A stretch of DNA of 45,612 nucleotides, filler included, from Jimgerdemannia flammicorona (lineage: Eukaryota), in the NCBI GenBank assembly GCA_003990765.1. It is 2 parts of 2 records of this genome, joined end to end, with 100 filler letters (N's around TTAATTAATTAA, not from the genome) between each part and the next. Parts side by side here need not be neighbours in the genome. Positions count along the whole stretch, not along the records: positions 22,867 to 45,612 come from RBNJ01001209.1; 1 more part is not named here. The stretch is one strand, 5' to 3'. Position 1 is the stretch's first letter. Every line of letters begins with the position of its first letter. The notes under the pieces are model-generated. The model had not been told where the DNA came from. It ran no database searches and saw only the letters and a program-made list of their open reading frames with translations. The position numbers and the translations under genes are program-made. This document shows, piece by piece, positions 24,686 through 36,179 of the stretch.

Positions 24686-26182
24686 CTATATCATCCCACC
24701 CCTTGCCCCACCCTCTTCTCTCTTCCTCTCTGCGACCATCTTATTCCCCGTCAACCATCTCTCATCCCCACTCCACCCTGTCCCCCCACTACTCACACAC
24801 ACACACGCACCACTACCTCTCTTCGTCACCATCCTCCCCTCCCTCGCCCATCCCTCTACCTCCATAGCAAGACCTTCCAATGCATCTTCGTCCCAGCCGG
24901 GTCCCGGTCCGAGCTCCCTGAGGCGCGGCATCTCGAGCAAGAAGCGGCGCGCGAAAGAGGGTGAGAGATGGGAGGTAGCAAGTACGAGGGTTTCGAGCGT
25001 TGTGGTTCGGCTGGAGGCGTCGAGGAGCGGGTGGAGGGCGGTGTCGATGTGGAGGGGCGTGGTTGAGATGCGGAGCTCGCGGAGGTGGCGGCAGTGGGTG
25101 GTGATTTGCTGAAGATGAGTAGGGTGATAATGAATATACGGTTGCGAAAAGAATCTGTATATATATATGAAACATAATGAACGAAGCGATTCTTCCGCAC
25201 TCACCGTTAAACACTCCACCTCGATATGATCCGTCTCAAACACCTCAAGGTTCGTACAATACCTCGCCAACGCCCCCTTCCTACACCTCACATCCCCCAA
25301 CAACCTCACGCACCTCAAATTCGATCCACACCTCTGCGCCAACAACTCGACATGCCCATCACTCAAATCCCACCAGTCTCTCACATACAGCCTGACGAGT
25401 GACGCGACGGCGCGCGATCCACAAAATGCCGTCAGGCTCTGGGCATGGGATGCCCATTTGCCGTATTGGGCGTTGAACCTGATCTCCTCGAGCCCATCGC
25501 ACCTCGCAAGTGCGAGCATGATGGTGTCGTAGGCCCAGGAGAGTTCGACGCTTCGGAGGGATCGACTGTGCTGTTTGATCAGGTCGATGGTTGTGTCTGG
25601 GTATCCGCGGTAGGGGGCACAGTAGGTTTTGAGGCGATCACGCGGGATGGTGAGGAGGAGCTCTGCAAAGTCCTCTGTGACAGGGAAAGAGTGGACGAGT
25701 TCTGTGAGGGAGTTTCGGGAAGCTTGGAAGAGCGGTGTGAATGACTTTAGGGGGACGTTGGAGATGAGGAGGCGGATGCGGACGAGGTGCGGGAAGCGGA
25801 ATGGGGAGAAGAGGGAGACGCAGAGGGGCTGGTATTCCGGGAGGATGAGACGGCAGTCGAAGGCGTGGACGAGGTCGTGGTAGTCGAGGGTGGTGGTGGC
25901 GGCGGGTTGCGAGAGGGTGCGGGCGAGGAGTTGGGCGGTCTGTTCGGTGGTAATAGTCAGAGTGTGCCAGAGGAAACGGGCGGCAGGCGGAAAGAGGGTC
26001 TTGCAGGTCAGAGCGAGGTGATAGAAGTCCGAGTCTGAGGCGTGGGCGCAGAAGAGATCGGCGAGCTCGGGGAGGAGGAAGGGGTGGCGTGGCGGTGCAG
26101 TACGAAGTTGGTTGGGTGGAGGAGGATCGGTAGGCTTGCAAGCTTCCGTGTCCGTGATGGCGGGAGGATCCTGATGCTGCAT
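24686..26182 (-). CDS. F-box / RNI-like leucine-rich-repeat protein; probable in-frame 96-nt intron 25204-25109 and possibly another near the 3' end
   Basis: LLPELADLFC..LALTCKTLF..A..LW F-box pattern; repeated LxxxCxxLxxL. Splicing GTGAGT..TTCAG gives ECLT-QITTHCRHLREL. Confidence 0.75.
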   Translation of the reverse strand: MQHQDPPAITDTEACKPTDPPPPNQLRTAPPRHPFLLPELADLFCAHASDSDFYHLALTCKTLFPPAARFLWHTLTITTEQTAQLLARTLSQPAATTTLDYHDLVHAFDCRLILPEYQPLCVSLFSPFRFPHLVRIRLLISNVPLKSFTPLFQASRNSLTELVHSFPVTEDFAELLLTIPRDRLKTYCAPYRGYPDTTIDLIKQHSRSLRSVELSWAYDTIMLALARCDGLEEIRFNAQYGKWASHAQSLTAFCGSRAVASLVRLYVRDWWDLSDGHVELLAQRCGSNLRCVRLLGDVRCRKGALARYCTNLEVFETDHIEVECLTVSAEESLRSLCFIYIYRFFSQPYIHYHPTHLQQITTHCRHLRELRISTTPLHIDTALHPLLDASSRTTTLETLVLATSHLSPSFARRFLLEMPRLRELGPGPGWDEDALEGLAMEVEGWAREGRMVTKRGSGACVCVSSGGTGWSGDERWLTGNKMVAERKREEGGARGGMI

Positions 26183-26970
26183 CAGGGTAGGAATGCGGCT
26201 CTATGTCAGAAGGGATTTCGAGGTATTCTCGGCTCCTCCTCCTCAGGCTATGCGAGACGGAGGGCAGGAAGGCTGAGACATGGGCAGAATTCGAGCGTAG
26301 ATGGCGTTGTGGTCGATTTAGGTCCATCTGCCACGCGCGTGGCTGTCCCCACAAAGCGTCACACCAACCAGCCTTGCCTTATCATCCGATGGTTTTGATA
26401 CATAATGAACTGACTTTTCTCGTCCGTACGAGTCTCCGTCGATCGATCGATCGATCGGAGATAACCTTCGCATCTGTTCAAGCTGAGGATGAGAAAAGTG
26501 TAAAGCTAAAGAACAGATCGGGAAATAGGCACCGGCCAGCCAGACGACGCAGGCAAAGAAATCGGTCGGAACTTGTGGAGAATGCTTTCGATCAATGGTT
26601 CTGTAGATGGCAATATAAATGGCGAACGGACTACAGGGAGCCAGCCGTCGCGCCTACGCTCAATCAAATCGTGCGAAATATCCAAGAGAAAGACCTTTGG
26701 CGATCTCAAAGTACAGGCTTCACGATCGATAGACTGGGTTTCGTAAACGGCGCTTCAAGGATTGGTGCTCATCGTAAAGGTTGCGATAAAACAAACTGCT
26801 CCCGCACAACTGATCGTGATCTGCAAAGATTTATTACTTGATTCGCATGGCAAAATGAAACGAATCACCAGAACTCTATCACATCAGTGAAACTTGTGCA
26901 TTTGATTGCACGATAATTTCTAGCTACATTTAACTGCAAAATGGCACAAGTGCACCTCATGCTACCAACT

Positions 26971-28482
26971 TTAATACAACCTCCCCGGGCCAACCCCTAC
27001 AATATCCGCCATGGCGTTCACCAGATCCGCCGAATTCCCCGTCAAACCAGCCAGGTACTCCCTCATCCACTCCGTCACCACCACGAACTCTTGGTTCGGA
27101 TACGCTTGATCCACCGCCCTCTTCGCCCTGATCCTATCCTCCAACCTTATCAGCCACTCCTGTTCTCTCCTCACCATCTCCACCAAGGCGGCCTGTCTCA
27201 CGCATAGCTCGGTCGCGATGCTCCTCACCATCTCCTCGCTTCTCCCGGCGAACACGGCTTCGGTACCCCTCCGCGCGCCCTCGATCGTGACGGCCCACCA
27301 CCCGTCCTCGGTCTCGTACAAGTTGAACGTGGGGAGCATACGCTCGATCAGTGCGTCCGACGGGCCGTCAATCATCGCTTGCGCCTGTGGGTATTCCCGC
27401 ACACTCGGCCGGATCCAATCGGCTCGGAAGGCGCCCGAGCCGCGTGGGTCAAGTAGGCGCCCGTTGTCGGTGAGGTTGAGAACGAGATGCGCGCGCGACA
27501 TGAACCCAGCTGGGACGGCAAGTTGCGAGGGCTCGTGGCCGAGGCGTTCGGGGGCCTGGATCGGGGAGCGGGCGCGCAGTTGGCGGGCGCCGAGGAAGGC
27601 GAGGCTGGCGAATATGTTCTCGTGGGCGTTGCAGGTCTGAAGGGTGAGGGCGTCGATGGTAAGCTTGCGGAGGGATTGGATGAGGGCAGCAGGGTCACCG
27701 ACGTGGCAGAGGAGCATGAATGTCTTGGAGATGTCGTGCTCGCGGAACTGATAGTCTTCGTAGTTGTCAGCCGTTATGGTCACCAGGCGCGGCTGCATAA
27801 CTTGTTTCTTTCCTAGCAAGTGCGTGACGGATTTGGTGACCGTGTCGAAGTTCAGCTCTGGATCGAAGTCGCGCATCACCTGCTCGTCGATCATCCTCCA
27901 GATGTCTGTCTTGGTCTGCGCGACGAAGGCATCATTCTCCAGGTCATGTATCAAGCTCCTTGCCAGCTCCTCGCCATCCAACCTCCACTTGCCCAACATT
28001 TCATCGATTTCTGCTGCCGCCCTCCGCTGCTGCTCCTCCGCCTGCACTTGGCTATTCAACCCGAGCCCCGTCGTCACCAGGACGTCCAGCACCCGATGCA
28101 GCTGGTAATGCAACTTCAAAATCGGCCCCCAGGAATTCATCGCTGCGTCCCGCAACTGCATGGGGTTCTGCTCCGCCAGGACTTGGTCCACCCACTGCGA
28201 GTCGGCGAACGCACTGTTCTCCACCAGGTCGCGCCATCCGACCACCAGCTGTCCCTGGCAGAAACCCCAGACTTCGGCATCCTCGCGGTCGCCCGTCGCG
28301 AGGAGGAGGCTCTCGAGTTCATCTTGCACGCGTTTGAGGTCGCCCGCGGCCTGGCTCACGCGCCCGTAGTCCCGGTAGAAATTGTCCATGTGGAAGGCGA
28401 CAGCAGTCTTGTATGTTTGGATGGCATCGCGCGAGCCGGAGGCGGGGCCGGTGGGGTTGTATTCGGTTGCTGAGGCAGACAT
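26971..28482 (-). CDS. Intronless 503-aa hypothetical protein, possible papain-fold (arylamine N-acetyltransferase/transglutaminase-like) enzyme
   Basis: Long GC-rich ORF; QTCNAHENIFASLAFLG..AHLVLNLTDNGRLLDPRGSG suggests a C284-H332-D345 triad. ORF is solid; function tentative. Confidence 0.7.
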   Translation of the reverse strand: MSASATEYNPTGPASGSRDAIQTYKTAVAFHMDNFYRDYGRVSQAAGDLKRVQDELESLLLATGDREDAEVWGFCQGQLVVGWRDLVENSAFADSQWVDQVLAEQNPMQLRDAAMNSWGPILKLHYQLHRVLDVLVTTGLGLNSQVQAEEQQRRAAAEIDEMLGKWRLDGEELARSLIHDLENDAFVAQTKTDIWRMIDEQVMRDFDPELNFDTVTKSVTHLLGKKQVMQPRLVTITADNYEDYQFREHDISKTFMLLCHVGDPAALIQSLRKLTIDALTLQTCNAHENIFASLAFLGARQLRARSPIQAPERLGHEPSQLAVPAGFMSRAHLVLNLTDNGRLLDPRGSGAFRADWIRPSVREYPQAQAMIDGPSDALIERMLPTFNLYETEDGWWAVTIEGARRGTEAVFAGRSEEMVRSIATELCVRQAALVEMVRREQEWLIRLEDRIRAKRAVDQAYPNQEFVVVTEWMREYLAGLTGNSADLVNAMADIVGVGPGRLY

Positions 28483-29416
28483 TGATGGGTGTGTTTAAGA
28501 TGTTTTCATTGAGAAAAATTCGCCACTTATTTAAACATATTTAAACGTTGTTGGCATTTGTTGTCCAATTTCAAGAGTGGATGGCATTTGTTAATGGTGA
28601 CTGTCAAAGAAGGCAAAGAAGGCAAAGAAGGGCAGGAAGGTTTCCATGTGGCGTCTTGGAGACGAAGCCAGGAATCTGCTGCATGCGGAGATTCCCAGAT
28701 ATTATTGTATACATTACAAAGTCATCGTCCCTCAAAGGAATGGGCTCGTTCAACCACGTATATAGCCATAGCCACAGTTGATGTGTTTTACAAATGTGCG
28801 CTCATGATATGGCAATGTGATATAAAGACATGGTGTTCTTGACCATGGGCATCTTCCAAAGCCCCAGTCGTTTCCCACCTCCACACCTTCAGCATCTCTA
28901 GCTTTCTCGTCGTCATCCTGTGACCTCGAGGTGTTCAGCGCGCACGGCTACATCATACCAAAGATGTTCTCCGAGTTATGGGGGCACCGGACCATTCCGC
29001 GGTGGATAGACGAGCTCCAAAGCTTGGCCAACGGGAAGATCGAGGGCAGACATGTGGAGCTTGACATGCACTGCTGTCCCCCCAAACTGGTGTGGGCCAG
29101 GGGGGATCGCTACCGGCATGGTGCGATGGATGTGGACTGTCGTCTCCAACAGTGGAATCGAATCAGACCCCCAGTTAAACCAACTTATTGAATTGAATTG
29201 ATTTCAAGTTGAATAAAATGCGGAGTAATTAGTTTTCTAACCGTCATCGTGAATGGCAAATCTTTATACAAAAGGGTGTAATCAAACTATTTTTCAATGG
29301 ATGGTCGACCTTACACTATTTTCATTTTAAAAAACATTTATTGTGCATGCTATCGTCACCAGAACACTATTGTGCAAACTATCGTCACCAGAAATTGGCG
29401 TTATATATTCGCCATC

Positions 29417-30198
29417 TCATTTCCGTGTCAACACAATGGGCGTTTCGCGAGGTACGACTCCAATCCCAAACGGTATGTCCACTCCAATCGGCGCGCCCTC
29501 CAACGTCGACACTTTGAACCTCCTGACGATCTCACCTACGGCTGCCTGAATCTCCGTGGCCGCGAAGAACCTACCGGGACAGATGTGCTTATTCATGCCG
29601 AAGGTGAGGTAGCTCTTGCCGGCGCTGGTGACCGACAGCCGCTTCTTGCCCTCCTCAGTCACGTACCTCTATGGGTTGAAGTTGTTACCCTCAGGGCCTT
29701 CGTCCGTCGCGACGGACTGCTGATGGATATTGGAGGCGAGAACCGTCAGAAACCGGCCCTCGGAAATGACAATGCCGTTGTCGAACCTAATGTCTTGCAT
29801 CGCGCGGTGCGTGAGCCCGAATGGGAGAAACTCTAAGGTAGCGGAGGCACTCGAAGGATTGAGTTGGAGTGGTCCATCGTCCCAAGCTTTTCGACCGTGA
29901 GCGGTTCGTCGCCGCGTTCCTTCTCCAGCGTCTCGCGGATATCGTCACTGCTCGCGATGTGGTTCATCACTAGGGCGAAGTAGGAACCGGTAGAATGAAC
30001 AGACCCCATCGATATGGCGCGAATGAGCACTTCAATCTCCGAATTGTCCCACAGTGGCCATGTATCCGTCTCTTCATTGCGGGCCTCCATGAATGACTGA
30101 AGGAGATCGTCGGGTCTGGGACCCGGGCCGATCCAGTTACCTTCGTTGTCCATCTGTGCCCGCTGGCCGCAAAGATGGCTGCAGAAGTATAAGTAATC
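29417..30198 (-). pseudogene. Cytochrome P450 pseudogene, 3' half; 5' part replaced by repeat DNA
   Basis: GSVHST I-helix, ECLR (frameshifts on both sides), FNP*RY, heme motif FGMNKHICPGRFFA. Confidence 0.9.
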
Positions 30199-30199
30199 T

Positions 30200-31177
30200 G
30201 AGGACAAGAAACAACTGATGAAGAAGTTCCCAAACCAGAAGAACTCCCTGAACTAATTTCCTGAGATGACTTTCACTGGACACTACCAGAAGATGATGAT
30301 CTCTAGAACACTAAAGAGGGACCAAGTATAGTTGCCATTGTTCCAAGACAAGAAACAAACCAGGAAAGAGCTTTTTGGCTAGAAAGATGCTAGCATCAAA
30401 TAGTGTTCCACTCTCTCTAAGACTACTGCTATCAGTGCCACTTATTAGATCAGCAAGAAAGACAAAGACACCCTGAACCAGCATCTCCAGTAATTATTAT
30501 ACAGATAACTATATTTCAAAAAACAACCACCATACTGACAAAATGATCTTATAGACACTATACCTGTACAGAGGTACAGCTCTTAGCTACTCTTCCCCCT
30601 ATCTATGATAGGGAAAATTACTGATTTTCAAGATAATAAGAAGTTAACAACTAAAAGCAGCACCTCTAAGCAATGAGATACTGTTATTATGGAAAACACT
30701 CAAGCTGCTGAATCTATCAGCATAAGAAGATATATCTCAGTTAAGATATCATGATATATATACTCAAGAGAGAAGATGATAAAGCTAAGATTCAAAAAAA
30801 AACTAAGTCAAGAAATCTACAAAAAGAACTCTCAAAATCTATGATCTAAGAGATAATATCTTAGCTCTTATTAAATATATAATCTACTAAGGATAGATAA
30901 ATAATACTACCTAACTAGAAGAAGAGAAATTAACTATCTCTAAGACCCCTCTACTAGAGTCAGATAACTGTATCTTAATATTGAAGTATAGAGATTTATA
31001 ACTATAGAAGTCTCAGCCTAAGGATAACCTATACTTAGCAAAAATATTGTACAATATATCTTACTATACTTTAAAGCCAGACCTTCAACAAAAGCTCATA
31101 AGAAAGATATAAAGTATAATCTTTACAGTCTCTAAGATAAAACTATCAGTTCTAAAAGTATAGTACTTCTTAGTATA
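30200..31177 (+). mobile_element. Degenerate retroelement-like fragment abutting the P450
   Basis: Abrupt shift to A-rich, CpG-poor composition like the LTR elements; stop-riddled frame; no diagnostic motif. Confidence 0.4.
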
Positions 31178-31328
31178 TATAAGTATACAACCTCTAAGCC
31201 ACCAAAATCACACATCACTATCAGAATAAATCTAGAAATTATATATAAGATTATAAAGCTAAGTTAAACTGAAGTTACAAATTACAAAGCTGAGTTAACT
31301 CAAAGTCACAGAATACAAAATATATAGA

Positions 31329-31905
31329 TTGTGCTCTAAATAAGCTGATCCAGATCAGATTCAAATCCTATCTGAATTAACTTAGATGAAAAAATGAGCT
31401 AATCTAGATTAATTCAAATCAATCATTATTTTGATTTCCAAATTAGATAATTAAATATTTATATCAATAACTTGATAAATAATTATTCAATTTTGATGAT
31501 CTTAATGTTATTTGAAAGTTCTTAATAAGGTCTTTCAAATGATATCAATAATATTGAAATTGGATTATATATTGCTGAGTTATCAAGAAAAACATCTAAC
31601 TTGCTAATTTTGGAAATTTTTTAAAAGAATGTTTTTCTTAATAGCTTAGTAATACATAATCCAATTTTAATATTCTTAAAAGGCCTTATTAAGGGCTTTC
31701 AAATAATATTAAGATTATCAAAATTGGATAATTATTTATTAAGTTATTGATATAAACATTTAATTATCTAATTTGGAAATCAAAACAATAGTCAATTCAA
31801 ATTGATCCAGATCAACTTGTTTTTCATTCAAGTTGATCCAGATGAAATTCAATCTAAATCTAATCTGAATCTAATCTAAATTAAATTAACTCATTTGAAG
31901 CACTA
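31329..31905. mobile_element. Fold-back hAT-type MITE (577 bp) with 8-bp TSD TATATAGA
   Basis: TTGTGCTCTAAATAAG..CTCATTTGAAGCACTA; TSD 31321-31328 and 31906-31913; long internal inverted arms. Confidence 0.85.
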
Positions 31906-32021
31906 TATATAGAAATGGAATCTTATCTATCAGGACTAAAAGTATATATATCAAATATATAGTATATCAAAATGAAGAACCACAATAAACTGAAACCATA
32001 TCTAGACATGATCACTGAAGT

Positions 32022-34090
32022 TATAAGCACATAACCTCCAAGCTACTAAAATCACATATCACCCTCTGAACAAGTCACCAAAATCACACGTGAGCTCCAA
32101 ACAAATCTGGAAATTACCTGCTCAATCATGAAGCTGAGTCAAACTGAAGTCACAGTACACAAAGCTGAGTCAATACAAAGTCATGGAACACAAGACTTAT
32201 ATAAACAGGATCTTACCAATCAGGACCAAATATATATATACCGAGCACTGAGATGTATTGAAACAGAGAACCAAAACAAACAATAACCACAACTTTCAAA
32301 ATACACAAACATGACCACTGAGATCTATAACCACATCTGTACTGACATTTGGAATACTATTGTCAACTGAGCTATACCCCCTCTACCCCTTATGAATATC
32401 CATAGTCTAGCACCCCTTTACTTTGTGGAAGCCTGATGGAATGCTCTGAACATACTTAATGAGGTCTACCAAATTGGACAAATTTCAAGCTACTATCAGA
32501 TCAGCCACCTCTTGGAAGACATGGTCAAACACCACTATGATACAGATATTACTCAGATGTCTCAATACCAGAAGCTCATCACCTGCAAACATCAAGAACT
32601 CTTCTATGAATACAGTACCTTTATTTCCCACCTCTGAATTACTACTGCTGAAATGGTTACTATCCTGTCCTATGGTCAAATTGATGACATGATACAAGAA
32701 CTCAACCACAAGTATCTTGAGTACATACATTGAAACCACAGACAGAACCTTCCTACACCCTGATGATCATATCTTACAAATATCTCAAGTCAGATATACT
32801 ATGAAGAATGTCTATGACATAATCCAATTTGATGAAGATGAAGTAGAAGATAATGATCCCTCTGATACTGATATGACCTCAAGCCAAGGATCTCTGCCAA
32901 CCCTGATCATACCGCCAACCTTGCCAATGAACTTACAATAGTTTATAACCACATATGAGACTTATTGGAACAATGACTACTAGTACAAATACTAATCTGC
33001 ATTTACCCCTAATTACTTCAACTATAATGAAGAGACTGGAGAATACAACCTATATCTTCAGACAACTCTCGAAATCGAACCAACCACTCCACCACCTGAG
33101 TATGAGTGACATGAACCACAGCTACCAGTATACTATAACTCTGTAACTCATAGTACTGTGACTTATAGAAGGTATGCAGACAGTGAATCTGATAAAAGTG
33201 AAAATGATATACTACTCCTTTGCCTACCAATATCTTATCCAGCATACAAGACAGAAAATACTATCCTGTGGAACAGTGACAAAGTCCCAATGTATTACTA
33301 TCTCAGCCAATAAGGAGAAGTAATCCATGAACCACTCTTTCTGAATAACTACTTCATCAGAGATGATACAATCGATAGTAATGTTATCGAAGACTACCCA
33401 GACAGCATCTAAACTTATAAATAGCCTAGCAGTCATAGTATAGTTAGATTAGTCTTGTATGACATAACTGTGAACTGACTCAGCAGTCAGATGATCTCTT
33501 GACATATCAGATCACACTTATACTATATGACTGCATTCTAACTCAGCAAAGCACTTAGTGCTACATCTATATTTAGCATAGTCCAGATAGCCCCTTACTA
33601 GTATAAATACTCTCTTCTCCAGACCTCAGAATCTCAGACTCGAACAATCTGAATACAACTCCTGAGCACTTCCCCACAATATCCCTTTATACAACTACTC
33701 CTAGTATAGCAATATCATAAATAGCAAATAAATCTATTTAATAATCCACAAACCACTCTTAAGTAAATCTGCTCCCCATTAGGTCCCACTCCTAACCCCA
33801 TTATGAAATTTCCTAATTTGGTATTGTCTGTAGCGATACACCAATTCAACTAAGCTGGTCTTAGTTTTTTGAACTTCCTGAAATACAGAAAATCCTGAAC
33901 ATCCAGAACTAGTCCAAAAAGGGACTTTGGTTGAGACATCAATCTGATCTTGAAATCAATAAGCGTAGAGGATGTACTCCATATGAAATTGATCTTGACC
34001 TTAAGAAAACAGTCTTCCAGAATATCCAGAACCTCTAGAAAACCCTTCCAGAACTCTGTAATGATTACTCTAAAAGGCAACCCTCTTATA
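32022..34090 (+). repeat. Solo LTR of family B (2069 bp) with 5-bp TSD GAAGT
   Basis: Colinear with 43005-45068; termini TATAAG..CTTATA (mutated TGTAAG..CTTACA); GAAGT at 32017-32021 and 34091-34095. Confidence 0.93.
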
Positions 34091-34134
34091 GAAGTCTACA
34101 ACTATATCTGTATTAATATTTAGAATACTATTAT

Positions 34135-34736
34135 TAGTACTTCTAATGAGTCAATTTAATCTGGATTGGATTCAGATTGATTCAGATTGAATCTCATCCA
34201 GATCAACTTGGATGGGATTCAAATTCCATCCAGATGGATTCAAATCAACCATTGTTTTGATTTTCAAATTAGACAATTAAATGTTTATATCAATAACTTA
34301 ATGAATAATCATCCAAATTTGATGATGTTGGTATCATTTGAAAGCCCTTAATATGGCTTATCTAATGATACTAAGAATATTGAAATCAGATTATATGTTG
34401 CTGAGTTATAAAGGAAAACATCTAAATCACTGATTTTGGAAATTGTTTGATTTGCTGATTTTGGAAATTTTGTCAAATGAAATGGTTTTCTTAATATCTC
34501 AGCAATGTATAATCCAATTTTAATATACTTGATATCATTAGAAAGACCTTATTAAGGGCTTTCAAATGATATCAAGATTATCAAATTTGGATAATTATTA
34601 ATCAAGTTATTGATGTAAACATTTAATTGTCTAATTTGGAAATCAAAATTGAATTCATCTGGATGGGATTTGAATCTCATCTGAGTTGATCTAGATGGAA
34701 TTTGAATCTCATCCAAATTCCATCCAGATTGACTCA
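34135..34736. mobile_element. Fold-back MITE related to 31329-31905; right terminus deleted
   Basis: Starts TAGTACTTCTAATGAGTCAA; shares inner arms with the 31.3 kb MITE; ends TTGACTCA, then host LTR resumes. Confidence 0.78.
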
Positions 34737-36179
34737 ACTGAGCCATAGCACTCCTACCTCTTATGAATATCTATAACCTAGTACTTCTCTATTTTATAGA
34801 AGTCTATTGAAATACTCTGAACATACTTAGTGAGATCTACCAAATCAGACAAATCTCAAACTACTACTAGATTAGCTATCTTCTGAAAGATATAGTTAAT
34901 CACTACTATAATATAGATACATATTACTGAAATATCTCAATACTAGAAACTCATTACCCATAAATACTGAGAACTCTTTTATGAGTATAATATCTTTATT
35001 TCCTACCTCTAAGTTACTACTACTAAAATGATTATTACTCTAATCTATGGTCAAATTAATAATATAGTATAAGAACTCAATGATAAATATATTGAGTATG
35101 TCTAAATTACAGACAAACCCTTCCTATATTTAGATAACCATATTCTACAAATACTCTAAGTTAAATATATCATGAAGGATATCTATAATATAATCTAATT
35201 TAATAATAATAAAGTAGAAGATAATGATTTCTCTGATACAAAAATAACCTCCAGTCAAGGATCTCTATCAACTCTGATTATTCTACTAATATTACTGATG
35301 AACTTATAATCGTTTATAACTATTATAAGACCTATTAGAATAATGACCACTAATATGTACTAACCTATATTTATATCTGACTACTTTAACTATAATAAAG
35401 AGACTAGAGAATACAATCTGTATCTCTAGACAATCCTTGAGATAGAATTAACAACTCTATTTCTTGAATATAAGTAATATAAAGAATAGCTATCAGCTTA
35501 CTATAACTCTACAATATATAGTACTATAATCTATCAAAGGTATGTTGATAGTAAATCTAATAAAAGCAAAGATGATACATCCCTTCTCTACCTACTAATA
35601 CCATACTTAGCATATGAGACAGATAATGACATTCTGTGAGATAATAACCTAGTTCCAATATATTACTATATAAATAAATAGAGAGATATAATCTAAGAAC
35701 TATTCTTTCTAAATAACTACTTTATCAGAGATAATATCATTAATATTAATCTTATTAATAAGTATTCAGATAGTGTTTAAACCTATAAATAGCTTAGCAG
35801 TCATTAGTATAGTTAGATTAGTATTATACTATATTACTATATATTGACTCAGCAGTTAGTCAATCTCTTAATATATCAGTTTATATTTATACTATATAAC
35901 TACATTCTGACTTATCAAGTACTAAAGTACTATATCTATATTTAGTATAGTTTAAATAGTATCTCATTAGTATAAATACTCTCTCTTAACATTCTTATCT
36001 ATTGATCTTTTAGATGTAAAAATTCTCACCATTCTACAGTTACAGTTATCTACACATATAGCTATTAAAAATTTTAGTAAATTTTAATTAAATAAAGACT
36101 AAATTTATATATCCAAAAAATATGTAATATATAATAATAATAGTGTGGCTCAAGGGTTTTTACTATTTATATATAGAAT

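Larger units (their letters stand above)
31178..35990 (+). repeat. Old, heavily mutated family B LTR, interrupted by two MITEs and a younger solo LTR; 3' truncated after the TATA box
   Basis: TATAAGTATACAACC start; U3 ORF starts at 32008 (MITEV) and resumes at 34096 and 34737; aligns with 43005-44590. Confidence 0.8.

Noticed and set aside
26438..26458. (GATC)n run upstream of the F-box gene as a 6mA promoter signal
   Set aside because: A short microsatellite; no methylation data to support a function.
28931..29191. Short GC-rich ORF between the orphan gene and the P450
   Set aside because: GTG start and no recognisable motif; could be a gene fragment but unsupported.
23069..29836. Many overlapping ORFs in the GC-rich island (e.g. 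25638-26354, 26203-26841, 27820-28473, 29297-29836)
   Set aside because: Shadow or antisense frames of real genes, or motif-less intergenic frames.
31329..34746. Short repeats as a CRISPR array; ORF 34552-34746
   Set aside because: These are MITE subterminal and inverted repeats without a repeat-spacer pattern; eukaryotic context.
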